From NCBI GenBank assembly GCA_016926255.1, contig JAFGOY010000053.1, positions 68,919 through 132,918 of the forward strand: a stretch of 64,000 nt of DNA. Direction: 5' to 3'. Position 1 is the first letter of the stretch; the number at the start of each line of letters is the position of its first letter. Below the pieces are notes generated by a model that ran no database searches, was not told the origin of the DNA, and worked only from the letters and a program-made list of their open reading frames with translations. Origin of the DNA: Anaerolineae bacterium (lineage in GTDB: Bacteria; Chloroflexota; Anaerolineae; Aggregatilineales; UBA3940). Shown here piece after piece: positions 18,254 to 25,454 of the stretch. The position numbers and the translations under genes are program-made.

Positions 18254-19927
18254 TTACTGGCTGAGCGACGCGGCTCGATCCACCACCTCGACAAAGCCCT
18301 CGACCTCTTCATTCCCCTGCAGATCGCCGCTCACCTTCCGGGCGATCTGGCCGATGACATCATAGCTAGCATTCTGCATCCAGGCTCCCTCGCCGAGCAG
18401 GTCGGCAAAGGCGGCGACGGCGGCATCCAGCCGGAAATGCGGCGGGGCATCTTCGAACATTTCGTAAACGTCACCCGCCGACTGGCTCTGCTCGATCTCG
18501 TAGACCTCGTCGCTTTCGGGGTCCTGCCAGCGCAGCCGGACGGTCGCCAGATTGCCACTTGCGCCAGCAATCGGAACGATCTCGTAGAGGGCGGTGACGC
18601 TGTGCCCCGCACCGATCTCGCCCGCGTCGACCTCGTCATTGCGGAAATCCTCGTCGGCCACGTCGCGGTTCTCGTAGCCCATCAGCCGGTAATACTCGAC
18701 CGTCTCCGGGTTGAACTCCACCTGTATTTTGGCGTCACGGGCGATGGTTTGCAGCGTTCCAGTCAGCTTCTCGACGAAGATTCGCCGTGCCTCGTCCTGC
18801 GAGTCGACGTAGAAGTACTGCCCGTCGCCATCATCGGCAAGCTGTTCCATCAGCACGTCGTTGTAGTTGCCCAGCCCAAACCCGACCGTCGTCAGCGTGA
18901 TGCCCTCCCGCGCCTGCGTGCGAACCGTCTCAAGGATCGCATCCGGGCCGGTCGAACCGACATTGGCGACCCCGTCCGAGCAGAGAATCAGCCGGTTGAT
19001 TTTATCCGCGTCGTAGTGAGCGGTAGCCATTTGATAGGCCAGATTCAAGCCTTCCTCGGCGTTGGTCGAGCCGTCGGGCAGCAGATTGCCAATCGCCTGA
19101 CCGATTTCCTGCCCCTGGCTGACGGGTGTCGGTTCGAGCAGCACCCGCCCGGTCGAGCCGTAGACGACGATCCCGACCTGGTCGGTGGGGCGAAGCTGCG
19201 CGGTCAGCGTGTAGAGCGCCTCCTTGACCGCGCCCAGCCGGTTTTCCATGTCCATCGAACCCGATATGTCGATCACAAAGATCAACAGAGCATCGGGACG
19301 ATCCTCCGGGGCGATATCATAGCCCTGGATGCCGACCCGCATCACCAGGTTGCCCTGGGCAGCGAAGGGCACCGGGGCTGCTTCGGTGACGATGCTGAAC
19401 GTCTCTCCCTGTTCGGGCAGCGGGTAATCCTGATCGAAATAGTTGACGAACTCCTCAAGGCGGATCGCTTCGGGGGGCGGCAGCAGGTAATCGTTGAGAT
19501 AGCTCCGGGTGAGGGTGTAGGAACCGGTATCGACATCGACGGCGAAGGTGGAGAGATTGTCTACAGCAGTCACCACGAAGGGGTTGGTGCCGTAGTCCTC
19601 GAAGATCATCGTGTCCGGCTGCTCGCCTTCTTCGGCATCGAGAGCAGCAGGGGTGCCGGCTGGCAGAGGAACTGCCCCCGCCGCTGCAGAATCAAAGGCT
19701 TCTGGTGCGGCTGGAGCCTCGGCATAGAATTCTTCTTCCGCCTCTTGTTCCTCTGCCGGGGCTTCCTCTACCTCAGTTTTAACATCTTCATCAACAGCCG
19801 TGACTTGGTCCCGTTCCTGCACAACGCCGGTATCCACCGCCGCTGTGGGGGCTGCCAGGAAAGCGCAGGCGGGCATCAGCGCTAACAGCAGCAGTATACC
19901 TGACCATCTAACAACCTTCTTCTGCAT
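18254..19927 (-). CDS. von Willebrand factor A domain lipoprotein (YfbK-like)
   Basis: Lipobox-like LLLALMPAC, acidic linker and the MIDAS motif VIDISGSM. Start set to ATG 19927 (GGAGGAGGAAG SD). Confidence 0.85.
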   Translation of the reverse strand: MQKKVVRWSGILLLLALMPACAFLAAPTAAVDTGVVQERDQVTAVDEDVKTEVEEAPAEEQEAEEEFYAEAPAAPEAFDSAAAGAVPLPAGTPAALDAEEGEQPDTMIFEDYGTNPFVVTAVDNLSTFAVDVDTGSYTLTRSYLNDYLLPPPEAIRLEEFVNYFDQDYPLPEQGETFSIVTEAAPVPFAAQGNLVMRVGIQGYDIAPEDRPDALLIFVIDISGSMDMENRLGAVKEALYTLTAQLRPTDQVGIVVYGSTGRVLLEPTPVSQGQEIGQAIGNLLPDGSTNAEEGLNLAYQMATAHYDADKINRLILCSDGVANVGSTGPDAILETVRTQAREGITLTTVGFGLGNYNDVLMEQLADDGDGQYFYVDSQDEARRIFVEKLTGTLQTIARDAKIQVEFNPETVEYYRLMGYENRDVADEDFRNDEVDAGEIGAGHSVTALYEIVPIAGASGNLATVRLRWQDPESDEVYEIEQSQSAGDVYEMFEDAPPHFRLDAAVAAFADLLGEGAWMQNASYDVIGQIARKVSGDLQGNEEVEGFVEVVDRAASLSQ

Positions 19928-20021
19928 GATCTTCCTCCTCCGGGTAATCAATAAAACAGCTTCACCGATGATGACGAACAAACTGCATCAAAGGTTCCCG
20001 AAGAGGGAAATTTCGTCGATT

Positions 20022-20052
20022 AAAAAAAGGCCGCCCGGTATTTCGGGCAGCC
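20022..20052 (-). terminator. intrinsic terminator after glnA (GSI-alpha-like)
   Basis: Minus strand GGCUGCCCG-AAAUAC-CGGGCGGCC (9 bp, one G-U pair) followed by U7. It lies 28 nt after the stop. Confidence 0.8.
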
Positions 20053-20079
20053 TGTAGGATACAGCAGACCTGATGATGT

Positions 20080-21414
20080 CTAGAGCGAAAGCAGGTACCG
20101 GTCGAGTTCCCACTGTGAAACACGGATGCGGTACTCGTCCCATTCGGCGCGCTTGGCATCGATGTACCAGGGTGCGATGTGTTCGCCGAGCGCGTCGAGC
20201 AGCAGCGGGTCATTCTCCAGCGCTTCGACAGCATCGCCGAGCGTGCCGGGAAGCTGGTAGATGCCACGTTCGATAAGATCGTCGTCTGAGAAGTGGAAGA
20301 CATCCTCGTTAACCGGCTCACTCGCCTGCAAACCCTGCTCGATACCGTCGACACCGGCCCGCAGCATCGTGGCGAAAGCCATATACGGGTTGCAGCTTGG
20401 ATCGGGGAAGCGGAGTTCGGCACGGGTGCTCTGCTCGCGGCCCGGTGAATAGCGCGGGATACGGATCAGGGCCGAACGATTGATCTGCGCCCAGCAGATG
20501 TAGACCGGGGCTTCGTAACCGGGGGTCAGGCGCTTGTAGCTGTTGACCGTCGGCGCAACGATTGCCGCAAGACCCTTGGCATGGGCCAACTGCCCGGCAA
20601 TGAAGCTGTAGGCGGTCGCTGAGAGTTTGTAAGGGTCACTCGCATCGAAGAAGACATTCTCGCCGGTAGTGGCGTCGATAAGGCTCTGGTGGACGTGCAT
20701 GCCGGAGCCGTTGATCCCGAAGATCGGCTTAGGCATGAAGGTGGCGAAAACGCCATACTTGGCAGCAATGGCCTTGACAGTGTACTTGAATGTCATTGCG
20801 TTGTCGGCAGCGGTCAGCGCGTCGGCGTATTTGAAGTCGATCTCGTGCTGGCCGGTTGCCACTTCGTGGTGGCTGGCCTCGACGATCAGACCCATCTCTT
20901 GAAGTGCAACCACGATGTCGGCGCGGATGGACTGGGCCTCGTCCTTTGGTGAAAAATCGAAGTAGCCGCCGATGTCATGGGGAATAGGGGTCAGCGGTTC
21001 GTCATCGTTGGTCTTCTTGAACAGGAAGAACTCAAGCTCCGGGCCACAGTTGTATTTGTAGCCCATCTCTTCCGCATAGGCCATTGCCCGGCGGAGTATG
21101 GCGCGCGGGTCGCCCAGAAAAGACTCGCCGTCAGGTCGCTTCAAGTCACAGATCAGGCGGGCGCGGCGGCGTTCCGGTGCCGTCCAGGGCATGACACGGT
21201 AGGTGGACTGGTCGGGCATCAGGAACATGTCGCTCTCCTGGATGCGCATGAACCCCTGAATGCTTGACCCGTCAAACCAGGCACCCATTTCCAGAACCTC
21301 TTCCAGCCCGGATACGGGAATGGTAACGCTCTTGGTCGTGCCCATAATATCGGTAAACTGTAAGTCGATGAATCTCACTTCGTCATCTATTGCCTGTTGA
21401 ACCAGGTCAGCCAT
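20080..21414 (-). CDS. glnA: glutamine synthetase, type I (alpha-like, 444 aa)
   Basis: GS motifs FDGSSIQGF and FMPKPIFGINGSGMHVHQS. Length and N-terminus resemble Bacillus-type GlnA. Confidence 0.95.
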   Translation of the reverse strand: MADLVQQAIDDEVRFIDLQFTDIMGTTKSVTIPVSGLEEVLEMGAWFDGSSIQGFMRIQESDMFLMPDQSTYRVMPWTAPERRRARLICDLKRPDGESFLGDPRAILRRAMAYAEEMGYKYNCGPELEFFLFKKTNDDEPLTPIPHDIGGYFDFSPKDEAQSIRADIVVALQEMGLIVEASHHEVATGQHEIDFKYADALTAADNAMTFKYTVKAIAAKYGVFATFMPKPIFGINGSGMHVHQSLIDATTGENVFFDASDPYKLSATAYSFIAGQLAHAKGLAAIVAPTVNSYKRLTPGYEAPVYICWAQINRSALIRIPRYSPGREQSTRAELRFPDPSCNPYMAFATMLRAGVDGIEQGLQASEPVNEDVFHFSDDDLIERGIYQLPGTLGDAVEALENDPLLLDALGEHIAPWYIDAKRAEWDEYRIRVSQWELDRYLLSL

Positions 21415-21625
21415 CTTTATTTACTCCTTAGCAGTGATGAATTTTTAACCGGGCCTATTCAATTGGTCAACGCACCGCCGGTGGGAAACGATCACGTCGG
21501 CGATGCACATTTACTGGTCTATCTCAAGTTACCGGCGTTGATTGTAGAATAACCCATTCGGGTATGCTATTACCCAAATGGATCATAAATCACGATCGAT
21601 ATCAACTTGATTGTATTTGATCCGG

Positions 21626-21673
21626 GGGAAAAAGATAGTAGGGCGCAGATGCGACCAACATCGCGCCCTACTA
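21626..21673 (-). terminator. intrinsic terminator after glnA (GSI-beta-like)
   Basis: Minus strand 11-bp stem UAGUAGGGCGC...GCGCCCUACUA, with an inner GAUG/CAUC extension, followed by UCUUUUUCC. Confidence 0.7.
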
Positions 21674-21729
21674 TTGCTAAGGAGCTGGCAAGTGGCACCA
21701 TGAAGTGCCACACAACCACAAAAGAAGGT

Positions 21730-23235
21730 TTACATATCGTAGTAGAGTGCGTACTCGTATGGATGTGTGCGCATACGGATCGCGTCCACTTCATTCTTGC
21801 GCTTATAGTCGATCCAGGAGTCGATGACATCCTGGGTGAAGACGCCGCCACGAAGCAGGAATTCGTGGTCTTTTTCAAGCTCTGCCAGAACGGCTTCGAG
21901 TGATCCAGGAACCTGCTCGACTTTGACGTCGGACTCGTAGAGGTCCATGTCCATCGGGTCGCCGGGGTCGATCTTGTTGATGATTCCGTCGATACCGGCC
22001 ATCAACATGGCGGAAAAAGACAGGTACGGGTTGCCGGTCGGGTCGGGGCTGCGATACTCGATGCGCTTGGCGCTTGGGCTGGCAGAGTAGACCGGGATAC
22101 GGACACAGGCGGAACGGTTGCGCTGGCTGTAGGCCATCATCACCGGGGCCTCGTAACCGGGCACCAGACGCTTATAGCTGTTGGTCGTCGGTGCGACGAT
22201 GCCGAGCAGCGCAGGGGTATGCTTGAGGATACCGCCGATATACCACAGACCCATCTGGCTAAGTCCGGCATAACCGTTCTCGTCGTAGAACAGGTTCGAG
22301 CTACCGTTCCACAAACTCTGGTGGGTGTGCATTCCGGAGCCATTGTCCTCGAACATGGGCTTGGGCATGAAGGTGACCGTCTTGCCGTGAGCAACCGCGA
22401 CGTTCTTGAGGATGTACTTATACCACTGCATCTGGTCAGCAGCTTTCGTCAGGGTGGTGTACTTCAGGTCGATTTCCTGCTGGCCTGCCGAGGCGACCTC
22501 TCCGTGATGGACTTCGACGTTGATGCCAACCAGCATCATGCGCAGGATGGCTTCCGAACGCCAGTCCTGGAGTTTGTCGACGGGCGGCACGCGGAAGTAG
22601 CCGCGCTTCATTTCCGGGCGGTAGCCAAGATTGGCACCCCAGCGCTGGTCATAGGCGCGGCGCATTTCCCAGTGCCCCATATCGCTCTCGATGGTGAAGT
22701 GAGCACCGCGAGTCTTATAGTCGAAGCTCACGCCGTCAAAGACGAAGAACTCAGCTTCGGGACCCCAGTAGCTCAGGCTGGCCAGCCCTTCATCGATCAG
22801 GAACTTCTCGGCCTTCATCGCGATATAGCGAACATCCTTATTGTACGGGCTGAGGGTCAGCGGATCGTAGATGTTGCAGGTCAGGCTGAGGGTCGGTATT
22901 TCCATGATTGGGTCAACGATCGCTGTTGTCGGATCGGGGAAAAGGATCATATCCGACTCGTGGATACTCTGGAACGACCGGATACTTGAGCCGTCAAAAC
23001 CCAACCCTTCTTCAAACATATCTGCGTTGAGATAATTGATCGGCATGCTGAAGTGGTGCCAGCGCCCAAACAGATCGGTGAACTTGATATCGACGATTGA
23101 CAGGCTGCGAGCACGGGCATATTCGAAAACGTCATCAGCCGTTTCACAGCGATCCACGTCAGGAGTAATGGCCCGACCGGGTTCGCCATAAGCCAGTTCT
23201 GCTGCTTCTTCAAGTGAACGTAATTTGATTGTCAT
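21730..23235 (-). CDS. glnA: glutamine synthetase, type I (beta-like, 501 aa)
   Basis: FDGSSIRSF and FMPKPMFEDNGSGMHTHQS. Overall colinear with E. coli-type GlnA. AAGGAG SD. Confidence 0.93.
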   Translation of the reverse strand: MTIKLRSLEEAAELAYGEPGRAITPDVDRCETADDVFEYARARSLSIVDIKFTDLFGRWHHFSMPINYLNADMFEEGLGFDGSSIRSFQSIHESDMILFPDPTTAIVDPIMEIPTLSLTCNIYDPLTLSPYNKDVRYIAMKAEKFLIDEGLASLSYWGPEAEFFVFDGVSFDYKTRGAHFTIESDMGHWEMRRAYDQRWGANLGYRPEMKRGYFRVPPVDKLQDWRSEAILRMMLVGINVEVHHGEVASAGQQEIDLKYTTLTKAADQMQWYKYILKNVAVAHGKTVTFMPKPMFEDNGSGMHTHQSLWNGSSNLFYDENGYAGLSQMGLWYIGGILKHTPALLGIVAPTTNSYKRLVPGYEAPVMMAYSQRNRSACVRIPVYSASPSAKRIEYRSPDPTGNPYLSFSAMLMAGIDGIINKIDPGDPMDMDLYESDVKVEQVPGSLEAVLAELEKDHEFLLRGGVFTQDVIDSWIDYKRKNEVDAIRMRTHPYEYALYYDM

Positions 23236-23332
23236 TGCTTGTCTCCTTATACTATTCTTGTTAAGATTCTCTTGTTGTGAAGTGTCGGGGGCCTGGGTAT
23301 CAAATATCCAGGCATCCCGACCTTTCTTTTCG

Positions 23333-23851
23333 CTAAACTGCGACCGGATACAACTGCAAATCAGCGGACGACAGGGAAAAGACTTCTAAATCACCGGCAT
23401 CTTCCACCCGACCGGTTTCCTTGAAATGATTGGCCAGCCACTTGCGCAAATCCTGGATGGTTAAGGCCTTGAACACAGGCCCGCCTGGATAGCGCGTCAC
23501 GAGTTCATTACCCAGCTTGTAGATCGGCCAGGCAGTTGTCCCTACCCGGAAAACATACTCCGGAAGCTGATCGAAGCGAATGAGCACCTTCAGATATCCG
23601 TCCAGAATCGACTGGAGAGCATGCAGGTTTCCCCTCTCCACCGGCAGCCCCGCCGGGTAGACGCTGTAGACATCACGCACCGGTCCAATCGGTTTTTCAA
23701 GACGCTTGAAGAATACTGGTAGTTCTGTCACCTCGGTCATTTCACCTTTGACGCCGTAGGGACGTAAGTCAATGGTTGCAAAGAATCGCGGTCCTGTTCC
23801 GTTTCCCGTGTATACCGGGTTTTTTCTATAGGCGATTTTCAGGTCTGACAT
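23333..23851 (-). CDS. hypothetical protein (172 aa) between amt and glnA
   Basis: Clean ORF on the same strand, 45 nt after the amt stop and 97 nt before the glnA start. No TM segment, signal peptide or motif recognised. Confidence 0.7.
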   Translation of the reverse strand: MSDLKIAYRKNPVYTGNGTGPRFFATIDLRPYGVKGEMTEVTELPVFFKRLEKPIGPVRDVYSVYPAGLPVERGNLHALQSILDGYLKVLIRFDQLPEYVFRVGTTAWPIYKLGNELVTRYPGGPVFKALTIQDLRKWLANHFKETGRVEDAGDLEVFSLSSADLQLYPVAV

Positions 23852-23896
23852 GGCACTAGCTCCTCTCTATTGATTGCTATTTAACTGATGGCCAGC

Positions 23897-25288
23897 CTAA
23901 TCGCCTGGAGCCGGGACGGGTTCGATCATGTCGCCAATCCGGACGCCCTGAAGCTCGACGCCTGCAAATTCCGGGTAAGACTCAATGCCGTGGTAGTACA
24001 GATCGATCCCGGCGCTTTCCACCTCAGGTGAAATACGCAGGCCAACCAGGAACTTGATTCCGAGGAACAGGAGCAAAGAGATCGGGAAGACAAAACCGAT
24101 GGTCGCCAGAAGACCCAGTGACTGGACACCAAGCTGAGCCAGGCCGCCGCCGTAGAACAGACCGCCTTCGACGGCGAAAAGACCACAGGCCAGCGTGCCG
24201 AAGATGCCGTTGAGGCCATGAACCGGGAACGCACCCACCGGGTCATCGATCCGCAGGCGTTCCATCAATTCGACGCCGTACCAGCACAGCACGCCGGAAA
24301 TCACACCGATGATCAGGGCCGCGTCAGGCGTCACAAAGGCGCAGGGCGCGGTAATCGCAACCAACCCGGCCAGCGAGCCGTTGAACGCCATACTGACGTC
24401 CCATTTTTTAGTGTAGGCATAGCCGAGGAAGATAGCAGCGATAGCACCGGTCGTTGCGGCAAAGTCGGTGTTGAGAACAATCAGGGCGATGGAGTTGGCA
24501 TCGGTCGCACCCAGCGTCGAACCGGGATTGAAACCAAACCAGCCCAGCCACAGCACGAATGTACCGATAGCCGCCAGGGGGATATTGTGACCACGGATCT
24601 GTTTCGCAGTCTGGCCGAATTCCTTGTCGGCGCGCTTTCCGAGGACAAGCGTACCGGCTAACCCGACCAACGCCCCTACGAGGTGTACGACGGTCGATCC
24701 GGCGAAGTCCATGTAGCCCATTGCGGCAAGCCAGCCATCGCTCCCCCACACCCAGTGCCCAACAATGGGGTAGATCAACAACCCGACGATGAAGCTGTAG
24801 ATCAGGTCGGCGACAAAGTCGGTGCGTTCGGCCATCAGGCCGGAAGCAATCGTTGATGCAGCCGCCGAGAATGCAAACTGGAAGAAGAAGAATGCATACG
24901 GGGGAAGCCCGTTGATTTCCGAGGGCAGGCCCCGAAGAAAGAACCACTCGGAACCCATAAAGCCGCTTCCACTGCCAAACATGATGCCAAAGCCCAGAGA
25001 CCAGAAACCAATCGTGGTCATCGTGGTATCGAGGAAGTTCTCGGCCATGATGTTGACCACATTCTTGGAACGGACAAAGCCTGCTTCCAGGAAGCCGAAC
25101 CCCGCCTGCATAAAGAAGACCAGGAACCCGGCAATCAGCACCCACATGGTGTTGATTGACTTTGCCAGGTCAGAGGCGCTGGGTGCGTCGTCCTGGGCGA
25201 AGGTGATGCTGGGGATCAAGACCATCAGACCGATGACCAGCATCGAGATGGAAAACAGTCTCCAAAATCGTCTATTCTTTCGCTTCAT
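23897..25288 (-). CDS. amt: ammonium transporter (Amt family)
   Basis: Signal-peptide-like N-terminus, then AmtB motifs (FFMQAGFGFLEAG, DFAGSTVVHLVGA). Start set to ATG 25288 (GAGGAG SD). The 136-codon upstream extension in the track overlaps the divergent permease gene. Confidence 0.95.
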   Translation of the reverse strand: MKRKNRRFWRLFSISMLVIGLMVLIPSITFAQDDAPSASDLAKSINTMWVLIAGFLVFFMQAGFGFLEAGFVRSKNVVNIMAENFLDTTMTTIGFWSLGFGIMFGSGSGFMGSEWFFLRGLPSEINGLPPYAFFFFQFAFSAAASTIASGLMAERTDFVADLIYSFIVGLLIYPIVGHWVWGSDGWLAAMGYMDFAGSTVVHLVGALVGLAGTLVLGKRADKEFGQTAKQIRGHNIPLAAIGTFVLWLGWFGFNPGSTLGATDANSIALIVLNTDFAATTGAIAAIFLGYAYTKKWDVSMAFNGSLAGLVAITAPCAFVTPDAALIIGVISGVLCWYGVELMERLRIDDPVGAFPVHGLNGIFGTLACGLFAVEGGLFYGGGLAQLGVQSLGLLATIGFVFPISLLLFLGIKFLVGLRISPEVESAGIDLYYHGIESYPEFAGVELQGVRIGDMIEPVPAPGD

Positions 25289-25368
25289 AATGTTTTCTCC
25301 TCTTTTGCAAATTTTTTGCCGAACTTGCCGTAATTGTATGGGTGGGGGGTACTCAAATCCATTACCCG

Positions 25369-25396
25369 AACGGGCAATAAGGCCCCTAAACGGGCA
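25369..25396. repeat. direct repeat AACGGGCA x2 (20-nt period) in the amt / permease divergent intergenic region
   Basis: AACGGGCA at 25369-25376 and 25389-25396. GGGTACT also occurs twice (25347-25353 and 25421-25427). Confidence 0.5.
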
Positions 25397-25454
25397 TTTT
25401 CTGAGGGGGATAATCCTTATGGGTACTAGTCCCTGAGTACAGCCCACTCCTAGA

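Noticed and set aside
18155-19885. 576-aa plus-strand ORF antisense to the VWA gene
   Set aside because: Same shadow-ORF reasoning. The opposite frame has a lipoprotein signal, a MIDAS motif and a strong SD. The plus-strand product has no recognisable domain and would overlap the rlmB 3' end.
21415-21625. Glutamine riboswitch (glnA RNA) or TnrA/GlnR/NtcA operator upstream of the GSI-alpha glnA
   Set aside because: I could not find the conserved glnA-motif core, or a TGTNA-N7-TNACA or GTA-N8-TAC site, by eye. A covariance-model scan would be needed to exclude one definitively.
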